From Eledone cirrhosa (Eukaryota), in the NCBI GenBank assembly GCA_964016885.1, contig OZ024742.1, positions 365,986,001 through 366,050,000 on the forward strand: a stretch of DNA of 64,000 bases. Direction: 5' to 3'. Below, one piece after another: positions 1-14,385 of the stretch (position 1 is its first letter; every line of letters begins with the position of its first letter). A program made the position numbers and the translations under genes. Below the pieces are notes generated by a model. It was not told the DNA's origin. It worked only from the letters and a program-made list of their open reading frames with translations, and did not search any database.

Positions 1-3000
1 AAGATTTATAGAGAGTTATAACAGAGTAGAGCATTACAGCAGAGAGTTATACAGAGCTATAGCAGAGTAGAGCTTTTCAGTAGTAGAGAGTTATTAAGAG
101 TTATAACAGGGCAGAGCATTACAGCAGAGAGTTATAGAGAGTTATAACAGAGCAGAGCATTACAGCAGAGAGTTATGGAGAATTATAACAGAGTAGAGCA
201 TTATAGCAGAGAGTTATAGAGAGTTATAGCAGAGTAGAGCATTACAGCAGAGATTTATAGAGAGTTATAAAAGAGCAGAGCATTGCCTCGGAGAGTTATA
301 GAGAGTTATAATAGAGCAGAGCATTACAGCAGAGAGTTATAGAGAGTTATAACAGAGCAGAGACTTGCAGGAGAGAGTTTAGAGAGTTATAACACGGCAG
401 AACATTACAGCAGAGAGTTATAGATAGTTATAACAGAGCAGAGCATTACAGAAGTGAGTTATAGAGAGTTATAACAGGGCAGAGATTTACAGAAGAGAGT
501 TATAGAGAGTTATAACAGAACAGAACATTACAGCAGAGAGTTATAGACCGTTATAGCAGAGCAGAGCATTACAGAAGAGAGTTATAGTGCGTTATATAAA
601 AGCAGAGCATTACAGCAGAGAGTTATAGAGAGTTATAACAGGGAAGAGCATTACAGAAGAGAGTTATAGAGAGTTATAACATAGGAGAGCATTACAGCAG
701 AGAGGTTTAGAGAGTTATAACAGATGAGAACATTACAGCAGAGAGTTATAGAGCGTTATAACAGAAAAGGGCATTTCAGCAGTGAGTTATATAGAGTTAT
801 AACAGAGGAGAGCATTACAGCAAAGTGTTATAGAGCGTTATAGCAGGGGAGAGCATTACATCAGAGAGTTATAGAGTGTTATAATAGAGTAGAGCATTAC
901 CGCAGAGAGTTATAGAGAGTTATAACAGGGCAGATCATTACAGCAGAGAGTTTTAGAGAGTGATAACAGAGCAGAGCATTACAGAAGAGAGTTATAGAGA
1001 GTTATAACAGGGCAGAGCAGTACAGCAGGGTATTATAGAGAGTTATATCAGAGTAGAGCATTACAGCAGAGAGTTATAGAGAGTTATTACAGAGTAGATC
1101 TTTTCAGTAGAAAGTTATTAAGAGTTATAACAGGGCAGAGCATTACAGCAGAGAGTTATAGAGAGTTATAACAGAGAAGAGGATTACAGAAGAGAGTTAT
1201 AGAGAGTTATAACAGGGCAAAGCATTACAGCAGAGACTTTTAAATAGTTATAACAGAACAGAGATTTATAGAGAGTTATAACATAGCAGACCATTACAGC
1301 AGAGAGTTATAGAGAGTGATAACAGAGTAGAGCATTACAGCAGAGAGTTATGGAGAGTTATGACAGAGTAGTGCATTACAGCAGAGAGTTATAGAAAGTT
1401 ATAACAGAGGGGAGCAGTACAGCAGAGAGTTATAGAGAGTTATAACAGGGCAGAGCATTACAGAAGAGAGTTTTTATAGAGTTATAACATAGGAGAGCAT
1501 TACAGCAGAGAGTTATAGAGAGTTATAACAGAGCAGAGCATTACAGCAGAGAGTTATAGAGGGTGATAACAGGGCAGAGCATTACAGAAGAGAGTTTTTA
1601 TAGAGTTATAACATAGGAGAGCATTACAGCAGAGAGTTATAGAGAGTTATAACAGAGGAGAACATTAGAGCAGAAAGTTATAGAGAGTTATAACATTACA
1701 GCAGAGAGTTGTAGAGAGTTATAACAGGGCAAAGCATTACAGAAGAGAGTTATATAGAGTTATAACATAGGAGAGCATTACAGCAGAGAGTTATAGAGAG
1801 TTATAACAGAGGAGAATATTACAGCAGAGAGTTATAGAGCGTTATAACAGAAAAATGCATTTCAGCAATGAGTTATAGAGAGTTATAACAGAGGAGAGCA
1901 TTACAGCAAAGTGTTATAGAGAGTGATAAAAGAGCAGAGCATTACAGAAGAGAGTTATAGAGAGTTATAACAGGGCACACCATTACACCAGAGAGTTATA
2001 GAGAGTTATAACAGAACAGAACATTACAGCAGAGAGTTATAGAGAGTTATAACAGAGTGGAGCATTACAGAAGAGAGTTATAAAGAGTTATAAAAGAGCA
2101 GAGGATTACAGAAGAGAGTTATAGAGAGTTATAACAAAAAAGAGCATTACAGCAGAGAGTTATAGAGAGTTATAAAAGAGCAGAGGATTACAGAAGAGAG
2201 TTATACAGAGTTATAACAGAGTAGAGTACTACAGAAGGGAGTTATAGAGAGTTATAGCAGTGGAGAGCATTAGAGCAGAGAGTTATAGAGAGTTACAACA
2301 GAGTAGAGCACTACAGCAGAGAGTCATATAGAGTTATAACAGAGCAGAGCATTGCAGGAGAGAGTTTAGAGAGTTATAACAGGGCAGAACAATACAGCAG
2401 ACAGTTAGTGAGAGTTATAAACAGAGCAAGGCATTACAGCAGAGAGATATAGAGAGTTATAAAAGATCAGAGCATTACAGACGTGAGTTATAGAGAGTTA
2501 TAACAGAGGAGAGCATTACAACACAGAGTTATAGAGAGTTATAACAGAGCAGATAATAACAGCAGAGAGTTATACAGAGTTATAAAAGTGCAGAGCATTA
2601 CAGCAGAAAGTATAGAGAGTTATAAAAGAGCAGAGCTTTACAGAAGAGAGTTATAGAGCGCTATAGCAGAGCAGAGCATTACAGAAGAGAGTTATGGAGA
2701 GTTATAGCAGAGGAGAGCATTACAGAAGAGAGTTATACAGAGTTATAAAAGAGCAGGGCATTACAGCAGAGAGTTATAGAGAGTTATAAAAGAGCAGAGC
2801 ATTACAGCAGAGAGTTATAAAAGAGCAGAGCATTACAGCAGAGAGTTATAGATCGTTATAGAAGAGCAGAGCATTACAGTAGAGAGTTATAGACAGTTAT
2901 ATAAGAGCAGAGCATTACAGTAGAGAGTTATAGATAGTTATAACAGTGACCATTACAGCAGAGAGTTATAGAGCGCTATAGCCGAGCAGAGCTTTACAGC

Positions 3001-6000
3001 TGAGAGTAATAGAGAGTTATAACAGAGCAGAGCATTACCACAGAAAGTTGTAAAGAGTTATAACAGGGCAGAGCATTACACCAGGGAGTTATAGAGAGTT
3101 ATAACAGAGGAGAGCATTACCGAAGAGAGTTAAAGTGAGTTATAACAGGGCAGCGCATTACAGAAGAGAGTTATAGAGAGTTATGAAAGAGCAGAGCATT
3201 ACAGCAGTGAGTTATATCACGTTATAGCAGAGCAGAGCTTTACAGCAGAGAATTATAGAGAGTTATAACACGGCAGAGCATTACAGCAGAGAGTTGTAGA
3301 GAGTTATAGAGAGTTATAACAGGGAAAACATTACAGCAGAGAGTTATAGAGAGTTATAACAGAGGAGAGCATTATAGCATAGAGTTATAGAGAGTTATAA
3401 CAGAACAGAGCATTTCAGCAGTGAGTTATAGAGAGTTATAACAGAGGTGAGCATCATGGCAGAGAGTTATAGAGAGTTATAACAGAGCAGAGCATTACAG
3501 CAGAGAGTTATAGAGAGTTATAGCAGAGTAGAGCATTACAGCAGAGAGTTATAGAGAGTTATGGCAGACTAGATTATTACAGCAAAGAGTTATAGAGAGT
3601 TATAGCAGAGTAGAGCATTACAGCAGAGAGTTATAGAGAGTTATAATAGAGCAGAGCATTACAGCAGAGAGTTATAGAGAATTATAAAAGAGCAGAGCAT
3701 TACCTCAGAGAGTTATAGAGAGTTATAACACGACAGAACATTACAGCAGATAGTTATAGAGAGTTATAACAGAGCAGAGCATTACAGCAGAGAGTTATAG
3801 AGAGTTATAACAGGGCAGCGCATTACCGCAGAGAGTTATAGAGAGTTATAACAGGGCAGAGCATTACAGCAGAGAGTTATAGAGAGTTATAACAGAGGAG
3901 AATATTACAGCAGAGAGCTATAGAGAGTTATAACAGAGCAGAGCATTACAGCAGAGAGTTATAGAGAGTTATACCAGAGGAGAATATTACAGCAGAGAGC
4001 TATAGAGCGTTATAACAGAGCAGAGCATTACCTCAGAGAGTTATAGAGAGTTATAATAGAGCAGAGCATTACAGCAGAGAGTTATTGAGAGTTATAACAG
4101 AGCAGAGCCTTGCAGGAGAGAGTTTAGAGAGTTATAACACGGCAGAACATTACAGCAGGTAGTTATAGAGAGTTACAACAGAGCAGAGCATTACAGCAGA
4201 GAGTTATAGAGAGTTATAACAGGGCAGCGCATTACCGCAGAGAGTTATAGAGAGTTATAACAGGGCAGAGCATTACAGCAGAGAGTTATAGAGAGTTATA
4301 ACAGAGGAGAATATTACAGCAGAGAGCTATAGAAAGTTATAACAGAGCAGAGCATTACAGCAGAGAGTTATAGAGAGTTATAACAGAGGAGAATATTACA
4401 GCAGAGAGCTATAGAGAGTTATAACAGAGCAGAGCATTACCTCAGAGAGTTATAGAGAGTTATAATAGAGCAGAGCATTACAGAAGAGATTTATCCAGAG
4501 ATATAACAGAGCAGAGCACTAGAGAAGAGAGTTGTAGAAAGTATATACAGGGCTGAGCATTACAGAAGTGAGTTATAGAGAGTTATAACAGAGTAGTGCA
4601 TTACAACAGAGAGTTATATAGAGTTATAGCAGATGAGAGCATTACAGCAGAGAGTTATAGAGATTTATAACATAGGAGAGCTTTACAGCAGAGAGTTATA
4701 GAGAGTTATAACAGATTAGATCATTACCACAGAGAGTTATAGAGCTTTATAGCAGAGCAGAGCATCACAGACGAGAGTTATAGAGAGTTATAACAGAGGC
4801 GAGCATTACAGCAGAGAGTTAAGAGAGTTATAACAGAGCAGAGCATTACAGCAGAGAGTTATTGAGAGTTATAAAAGAGCAGAGCATTATAGCTGAGAGT
4901 TATAGAGAGTTATAACAGGAGAATATTACAGCAGAGAGTTATAGAGAGTTATAAGAGAGCAGAACATTACAGAAGCTAGTTATAGAGCGTTATAGCAGAA
5001 GAGAGTATTACGCCAGGGAGTTATAGAGAGTTATAACAGAGTAGAGCATTACAGCAGAGAGATATAAAGAGTTATAACATAGGAGAGCATTACAGCAGTG
5101 AGATATAGAGAGTTATAACATGGCAGAGCACTACAGAAAAGAGTTATAGAAAGTTATAACAAATGAGTGCATTTCAGCAGAGAGTTATAGAGAGTTATAA
5201 CAGAGCAGAGCATTACACCAGGGAGTTATAGAAAGTTATTACAGAGCAGAGTATTACAGCAGAGAGTTATAGAGCGTTGTAGCAGAGGAGAGCATTACAG
5301 GAAAGAGTTATAGAGAGTTATAAAAGAGCAGAGCATTACAGAAGAGAGTTATAGAGAGTTATAACAGAGCAGAGCATTACAGAAGCGAGTTATAGACAGT
5401 TCTAATAGGGCAGAGCATTACTGCAGAGAGTTATAAAGAGTTATAACAGAGGAGAGCATTACAGCAGAGAGTTATAGAGAGGTATAAATGAGCAGAACAT
5501 TACAGCAGAGAGTTATAGAGAGTTATAAGAAAGAAGAGCATTACAGCAGAGAGTTATAGATAGTTATAAAAGAGCAGAGGATTACAGAAGAGAGTTATAC
5601 AGAGTTATATCAGAGTAGAGTACTACAGAAGAGAGTTATAGAGAGTTATAATAGAGCAGAGCATTACATCAGAGAGTTATATAGAGTCATAGCAGATGAG
5701 ATCATTAGAGCATAGAGTTATAGAGAGTTATAACAGAGTGGAGCATTACATCAGAGAGTCATAGAGAGTTATAACAGAGCAGAGCATTGCAGGAGAGAGT
5801 TTAGAGAGTTATAAAAGGGCAGAACAATACAGCAGACAGTTAGTGAGAGTTATAAACAGAGCAAGGCATTACAGCAGGGAGATATAGAGAGTTATAACAG
5901 AGCAGAGCATTACAGACGTGAGTTATAGAGAGTTATACCAGAGGAGAGCATTACAACACAGAGTTATAGAGAGTTATAACAGAGCAGAGAATTACAGCAG

Positions 6001-6693
6001 AGAGTTATAGAGAGTTATAAAAGAGCAGAGCATTACAGCAGAATGTATAGAGCGTTATAAAAGGGCAGAGCATTACAGCAGAGAGTTATAGAGCGCTATA
6101 ACAGAGCAGAGCATTACAGAAGATAGTTATAGAGAGTTATAGCAGAGGAGAGCATTACAGAAGAGAGTTATACAGAGTTATAAAAGAGCAGAGCATTACA
6201 GGAGAGAGTTATAGAGAGTTATAAAAGAGAAGAGCATTACAGCAGAGAGTTATAGATCGTTATAGCAGAGCAGAGCATTACAGAAGAGAGTTATTTAAAA
6301 TCAGAGCATTACAGTAGAGAGTTATAGATAGTTATAACAGTGAGCATTACAGCAGAGAGTTATAGAGAGTTATAACAGAGCAGAGCATTACAGAAGAGAG
6401 TTATTGAGATTTATAGCAGAGGAGAGCGTTACAGTAGAGAGTTACACCGAGTTATAACATAGTAGAGCATTACAGAAGAGAGTTATAGAGAGTTATAACA
6501 GAGCTGAGGATTACCATAGAGAGTTATAAAGAGTTATAACAGGGCAGAGCATTACACCAGGGAGTTATAGAGAGTTATAACAGAGGAGAGCATTACAGAA
6601 GAGAGTTATAGAGAGTTATAACAGAGCAGAGCATTACAGAAGTGAGTTATTGAGAGTTATAACAGGGCAGAGCATTACAGCAGAGAGTTATAG
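1..6693. repeat. Satellite array, 41-bp unit (AGAGAGTTATAGAGAGTTATAACAGAGCAGAGCATTACAGC), truncated by the window start
   Basis: Period read directly (TACAGCAGAG at 1501 and 1542); roughly 160 diverged copies. Confidence 0.95.
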
Positions 6694-9271
6694 AACGTTA
6701 TAACAGAGTACAACCTAATAACAGAGTACAACGTTATAACAGAACAGAGCGTTATAACAGAGTACAACGTTATAACAGAGTACAATGTTATAACAGAGTA
6801 CAGTGTTATAACAGAGAACATCGTTATAACAGAGTACAATGTTATAACAGAGTAGTGTTATAACATAACAGAGCGTTATAATAGAGTACAACGTTATAAC
6901 AGAGTACAATGTTATAACAGAGTACAGTGTTATAACAGAGTAGTGTTATAACATAACAGAGCGTTATAACAGAGTACAACGTTATAACAGAGTACAATGT
7001 TATAACAGAGTACAGTGTTATAACAGAGTACATCGTTATAACAGAGTACAATGTTATAACAGAGTAGTGTTATAACAGAACAGAGCGTTATAACAGAGTA
7101 CAACGTTATAACAGAACAAAGCGTTATAACAGAGTACAACGTTATAACAGAGTACAATGTTATAACAGAGTACAGTGTTATAACAGAGTACAGTGTTATA
7201 ACAGAGTACATCGTTATAACAGAGTACAATGTTATAACAGAGTAGTGTTATAACAGAACAGAGCGTTATAACAGAGTACAACGTTATAACAGAACAGAGC
7301 GTTATAACAGAGTACAACGTTATAACAGAGTACAATGTTATAACAGAGTACAGTGTTATAACAGAGTACAGTGTTATAACAGAGTACATCGCTATAACAG
7401 AGTACAGTGTTATAACAGAGTACAACGTTATAAGAGAGTACACCGTTATAACAGAGCTCAGCGTTATAACACAGTACAACGTTATAATAAATTACAACGT
7501 TGTAACAGAGTACAGCGTTATAACAGAGTACAGTTTTATAACATAGCAGAGCGTTATTACAGAGTACAAAGTTATAACAGAGTACAGTGTTATATCAGAA
7601 TATAGCGTTATAACAGTGTACAATGTTATAACTGAGTGCAGCGTTGTAACAAAGTACACCGTTATAACATATTGCAACGTTATAACAGAGTATACCGTTA
7701 TACCAGAGTACAGCGTTATAACAGAGTACAGTTTTATAACAGGATACATCGTTATAACAGAGTACAGTGTTATAACAGAGTACACCGTTATAAAAGAGTA
7801 CACCGTTATAACAGAGTACAACGTTATAACAGAGTACAAAGTTATAACAAATTACAGTGTTATAACAGAGTACGGTGTTATAACAGAGTACAACGTTGTT
7901 ACAGAGTACAGCATTGTAACAAAGTTCAGCGTTGTAACAAAGTACACCGTTCTAACAGAGTATAGCGTTATAACATAGTATACCGTTATAACAGAGTACA
8001 GTGTTATAACAGAGTATACCGTTATAGCAGAGTACAACCTTATAACAGAGTACAGTGTTATAACAGAGTAAAACGGTATAACAGTGTACAGCGTTATAAC
8101 AGAGTACAACGTTATAACAGAGTATACCGTTATAACAGAGCACAGTGTTATAACAGAGTATACAATTATAACAGAGTACAACCTTATAACAGAGTACAGT
8201 GTTATAACAGAGTACAGCGGTATAACGGAGTACAGTGTTATAACAGAGTACAACTTTATAACAGAGTACAACGTTATAACAGAATACAACGTTATAACAG
8301 AGTACAACGTTATAACAGAGTACAACGTTATAACAGAATACAACGTTATAACAGAGTATACCGTTAGAACAGTGTACAATGTTATAACAGAGTACAGCAT
8401 TATAACAGAGTACAACGTTATAACAGAGTACAGCGTTATAACAGAGTACAACGTTATAACAGAGTACAGCGTTATAACAGAGTACAATGTTATAACAGAG
8501 TACAACGTTATAACAGAGTACAGCGTTATAACAGAGTATAACGTTATAACAGAGTACAATGTTATAGCAGAGTACAACGTTATAACAGAGTACAGTGTTA
8601 TAACAGAGTATACAATTATAACAGAGTACAACCTTATAACAGAGTACAGTGTTATAACAGAGTACAGCGGTATAACGGAGTACAGTGTTATAACAGAGTA
8701 CAACTTTATAACAGAGTACAACGTTATAACAGAATACAACGTTATAACAGAGTACAACGTTATAACAGAGTACAACGTTATAACAGAATACAACGTTATA
8801 ACAGAGTATACCGTTAGAACAGTGTACAATGTTATAACAGAGTACAGCGTTATAACAGAGTACAACGTTATAACAGAGTACAGCGTTATAACAGAGTACA
8901 ACGTTATAACAGAGTACAGCGTTATAACAGAGTACAATGTTATAACAGAGTACAACGTTATAACAGAGTACAGCGTTATAACAGAGTATAACGTTATAAC
9001 AGAGTACAATGTTATAGCAGAGTACAACGTTATAACAGAGTACAGCGTTATAACAGAGTACACTGTTATAACAGAGTACAACGTTATAACAGAGTACAGC
9101 GTTATAACAGAGTACAATGTTATAACAGAGTACAACGTTATAACAGAGTACAACGTTATAACAGAGTACAACGTTATAACAGAGTATAACGTTATAACAG
9201 AGTATAATGTTATAACAGAGTACGGTGTTATATCAGAGTACAGCGTTATAACAGAGTACAACGTTATAACA
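6694..9271. repeat. Satellite array, 18-bp unit (GTTATAACAGAGTACAAC)
   Basis: Direct periodicity; gives the spurious YSVITL/VITEYN hexapeptide ORFs. Confidence 0.95.
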
Positions 9272-10143
9272 CATTAGTTTCCAGTGTTCTACTTACTTCA
9301 TCTTGTCCTTCTATGGTTTAACTAGAACCGAATCGAAACGAAGAGGAGACATAGAGGGCCAAAATAATAATTGTGAAGGTCATAGAATGTGTGACGAAAG
9401 AACTGATAATTAGTTAGCCATCCATTTGCTAAACCAGCCGAGGCATGGATTAGTTACCTGTCTAGTGAAACTGAAGTAAAACTCAGCTGACGTGTGCCCC
9501 CCCCCCCCCCCCCCCGTCTACCGTGACACTTGAATATGGCACACTTCTACCTGGAAACAGACAGATAAAGCCAGCCAGACAGAGACAGACAGAAAGATAG
9601 ACAGGTAGAGGCAGAGAGTGCCAAACAGATACAGAAAGACAGATATAAACAGAGGCAGGCAGATACAGATACAGTGACAATGACAGTGACAGACAGACAG
9701 ATAGATAGATGTAGAAGGACAAACATGTAGATAGAGAGACAAACATAAGTACATATTTGTGTGTATGTGGGAGTTTATGTATTGGAGTGTTACAAGATGG
9801 GAGCCGTATTTCTGTTTTCTTGTGCGTGAGTAATTCAAAAATATAATCTAACAAACAAAGTAAATAGTTTCAGGAAAGGTCACCTTATAGAATTAGAAAT
9901 TGAACAGAAAGCCGTCCATTACATACGTCTTGTTGACTTGTTGAAAGTTTTCCTTTCAAAATCGTCCATTGCTGTAGGAGTGCTATGTGCTCTGTTAATT
10001 ATAAACAGTTGTTTGAGAACTAGTTTTCATCATAGATATATATACTAACTTCTGATTGATTTATTTATTGATCTTGTATTGCCAGACTTCTACAGAATAA
10101 CACAGAACACACTACCAGCTACTAACAACAACAATGTATTTAT

Positions 10144-10601
<458 letters not shown>

Positions 10602-10619
10602 ATATATATATATATATAA

Positions 10620-11382
10620 TCTGGGTAATATTAAATATTATCCAATTACGAATATGAGAATAGCTCAATGTAAAATAACAAGTATATTACAGAGTCGAAA
10701 TACATTATAAATACTAATCAAAGAGTGTTTAAATCATTTAATCACTTACGATCGTTTCATCCTAGCACAAGACCGATTTCATCGGAGTATATAACAAAGT
10801 TTGAAACACAAATATAATATCAGAAGTTTGTCATAAGAAAATTAGGAGCATACATAATATGGGAAGTAAGCATAAGTATCAACATTTGTATAAAAAAAGA
10901 TAGCAGTTGAACCTTTCATATCCATTCTTGGAGGTATCTTTTGGAGGTGTATTTTTGTGTTTTGGGATTTGTGTTTGGGCTGCACACCTGCTCTTGTTGG
11001 TTTTGTGGACTTTTGTCATGCTTATGATATATGTTTACTTACTAATTATGATATATGACTTGCACTATACGTAACCTTTCTATAGCAACATGCTTTTAAA
11101 ATAGTTAATGCTTTTAGCTGCTCCTGATTTGATTTTATTGCATTTATATGCTCATATTTTTCACATGCTTCTTCCACATTTTGCTATCTTTTCTTATATA
11201 ATTGTTGATACTTATGCTTACTTCCCATATTATGTATCCGCCTAATGTTCTCATGACAAACTTCTGATATTATATTTGTGTTTCAACCTTTATTATATAA
11301 TCCGATGAAGCGGCCTTGTACTAGGATGAAACGATCGTAAGTGTTTAAATGTTTTAAACACTCTTTGATTGTTATTTATAAA

Positions 11383-11383
<1 letters not shown>
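10620..11383. mobile_element. Older fold-back element in (TA)n: ~200-bp inverted arms (10705-10905 / 11182-11381), ~280-bp spacer, one-sided tail 10620-10704
   Basis: Arms are diverged reverse complements; TA tracts flank both ends. Confidence 0.7.
11298..11343 (+). ncRNA. Hammerhead-like motif, CCGATGA core variant (mirror 10743-10789 on the minus strand)
   Basis: CCGATGA...GAAA-CGATCG-TA-AGTG; palindromic stem III ACGATCGT; stem I TACT/AGTG in the left-arm copy. Confidence 0.55.
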
Positions 11384-11458
<75 letters not shown>

Positions 11459-11729
11459 AAATATATTGAAAACAAAGCGAGGTTTCACATTCTACTCAAC
11501 CACCTATTATATATATATTATGTGTACATACATATATGTGTGTGTACGCGTATATACGTGTGTGTGCGTATATATACGTGTGTATATATATATATGTGTG
11601 TGTGCGCATGTGAGTGTGAATATTTGTTCGGCTGTGTAACGCCCGGGGCGAAATTAATTTGCTCTATAATCATATCTGGCTAGTCACCTTTTTTGAAAAT
11701 TAAAATTCTCCCTACCGATTACCATTATT

Positions 11730-12300
11730 TTGGTGCCGTTCCAGAGACGTTGGTCACCCGATGTACAAGTAAACAAGAGCATACCGTCTCTATTTACGGT
11801 TTCTAATATATCAGACCAAATTTCATATTTCCGAATGATGGAAGGCAGAAATCTGAATTAAGTGGAACAGTTGGTGCAATAATGCACCAACTTCAGCATT
11901 CTGTCATCCGCAGAAGGAAGGTAAATATAAAAGCGAAACACGCTATCTTCAGTTCGGGTTTCTTGCCAACCCTTACCTATGGTCATGAATCTTGGATCAT
12001 GACCGAAAGAATACGATCGCAAATGCAAGCAGCCGAAATTAGGTTCCTCTAATCGGTCTTTGGAGTAACATTACCCAATAGGGGCCGTTGCTCGGAGATC
12101 CGAGATTCACTCTTCGTAGAGCTGTTACTTCCTCACATCAAGGGGTCACAGCTCCTATACTATAGGCATGTGGTTGGAATGTCTGAGGAAATAATCTCTG
12201 GACAGATTTTACAGGAAAATAAAAGCAGTACAAGACGCAGACGTACACCAGGCACAATATTGTTGGGTATCTTGCAGGATAAATTTGAGACTGTTGTTTC
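11730..12300 (+). mobile_element. RTE-clade LINE fragment (C-terminal RT/thumb region), decayed
   Basis: Frame from 11834 reads ...KAKHAIFSSGFLPTLTYGHESWIMTERIRSQMQAAEIRFL*SVFGVTLPNRGRCSEIRDSL..., matching the RTE 'PTLTYGHExW.MTER.RS..QAAEM.FL' motif; in-frame stop at 12050. Confidence 0.85.
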
Positions 12301-12309
12301 TAACAGATC

Positions 12310-13506
12310 CCTGTCTGAGGACTACCCTCCCTCTGACAGAATTGTCTGACGACTACCCTCCCTCTGACAGGAATATCTGAGGACTGCCCTCCCTCTGACA
12401 GAAGTGTCTGGGGACTACCCTCCCTCTGACAGAAGTGTCTGAGGACTGCCCTTCTTCTGAGAGAAGTGTCTGACGACTACCCTCCCTCTGACAGAAGTGT
12501 CTGAGGACTACCCTCCCTCTGACAGAAGTGTCTGAGGACTGCCCTTCCTCTGACAGACGTGTCTGACGACTACCCTCCCTCTGACAGAAATGTATGACGA
12601 CTGCCCTCCCTCTGACAGAAATGTATGACGACTGCCCTCCCTCTGACAGAAATGTATGACGACTGCCCTTCCTCTGACAGAAGTGTCTGAGGACTACCCT
12701 TCCTCTGACAGAAATGTATGACGACTACCCTTCCTCTGACAGAAGTGTCTGACGACTGCCCTTCCTCTGACAGAAATGTCTGAGGACTACCCTCCCTCTG
12801 ACAGAAATGTATGACGACTGCCCTTCCTCTGACAGAAGTGTCTGACGACTACCCTCCCTCTGACAGAAGTGGCTAAGGTCTGCCCTTCCTCTGACAGAAG
12901 TGTCTGACGACTACCCTCCTTCCGTCAGAATTGTTTGACCACTACCCTCCCTCTGAGAGAAGTGTCTGACGACTACCCTCCCTCTGACAGAAGTGTCTGA
13001 CGACTACCCTCCCTCTGACAGAAGTGTCTGACGACTACCCTCCCTCTGACAGAAGTGTCTGGGGACTACCCTCCCTCTGACAGAAGTGTCTGAGGACTGC
13101 CCACCCTCTGACAGAATTGTCTGACGACTACCCTCTCTCTGCAAGAAGTTTTTGACGACTACCCTCTCTCTGACAGACGTGTCTGAGGACTGCCCTTCCT
13201 CTGACAGAAGTGTCTGAAGACTACCCTCCTTCTGGCAACAAGTGTCTGAGGACTGCCCTTCCTCTGACAGAAATGTCTAACGACTACCCTCCCTCTGACA
13301 GAAGTGTGTGACGACTACCGTTCTGACAGACGTGTCTGATGACTGCCCTTCCTCTGACAGAATTGTCTGACGACTGCCCCTCCCTCTGACAGAAGTGTCT
13401 GAGGACTGCCCTTCCTCTGACAGAACTATCTGACGACTAACCTCCCTCTGACAGAAGTGTCTGAGGACTGCCCTTCCTCTGACAGAAATGTCTGAAGACA
13501 ACCCTC
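12310..13506. repeat. Minisatellite, 31-bp unit (AGTGTCTGACGACTACCCTCCCTCTGACAGA), ~38 copies
   Basis: Period read at 12961/12992. Confidence 0.95.
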
Positions 13507-13788
13507 ACATAGTCTTAAGAGTAATTGGATGGAAGAGAAGGGAAAAAACAACAACTGTTTAATTATAACTGACTCGGTAGGTTGTGTTTTAATAAGAATG
13601 TATACCTAAAATTTTAAATACTACAAACAATGGCATTTCATTCACAGAGATTTATTGACACGAACTCTAGGTATTTCCCAAGTAACCAAGGTAACAGAGT
13701 GTAGAGGGAGGAGGGAGAGAGACGATGAGTGGAAATATATAGAGAAAGATAGGAAAGAGAAAGAAAAAGAGAAAGATAGGCATGGATG

Positions 13789-14385
13789 ATGGGAGAGATT
13801 GATTTGAATGTAAAATGCGAGAGATTGATTTGAGTGTAAAATAGGAGAGATTGATTTGAGTGTAAAATGGGAGAGATTGATTTGAGTGTAAAGTGGGAGA
13901 GATTGATTTGAGTGTAAAATGGGAGAGATTGATTTGAGTGTAAAGTGGGAGAGATTGATTTGAGTGTAAAGTGGGAGAGATTGATTTGAGTGTAAAATGG
14001 GAGAGATTGGTTTGAGTGTAAAGTGGGAGAGATTGATTTGAGTGTAAAATGGGAGAGATTGATTTGAGTGTAAAGTGGGAGAGATTGATTTGAGTGTAAA
14101 ATGGGAGAGATTGATTTGAGTGTAAAATGGGAGAGATTGATTTGAGTGTAAAATGGGAGAGAATGATTTGAGTGTAAAGTGGGAGAGATTGATTTGAGTG
14201 TAAAATGGGAGAGATTGATTTGAGTGTAAAATGGGAGAGATTGATTTGAGTGTAAAATGGGAGAGATTGATTTGAGTGTAAAATGGGAGAGATTGATTTG
14301 AGTGTAAAATGGGAGAGATTGATTTGAGTGTAAAATGGGAGAGATTGATTTGAGTGTAAAATGGGAGAGATTGATTTGAGTGTAA
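13789..14385. repeat. Minisatellite, 26-bp unit (GGGAGAGATTGATTTGAGTGTAAAAT), ~23 copies
   Basis: Period read at 14221/14247; very homogeneous. Confidence 0.95.

Noticed and set aside
1-9271. Possible CRISPR-like array
   Set aside because: Head-to-tail repeats without unique spacers, no cas genes, eukaryotic context
6715-9277. YSVITL/VITEYN repeat ORFs
   Set aside because: Translation of the 18-bp satellite on both strands
12310-13506. Tandem hammerhead array (units contain CTGANGA with variable N, and GAAA/GAAG-TGTC)
   Set aside because: The segment between CTGANGA and GAAR is pyrimidine-rich and cannot form stem II, and there is no stem I; origin from the RTE 3' end explains it better
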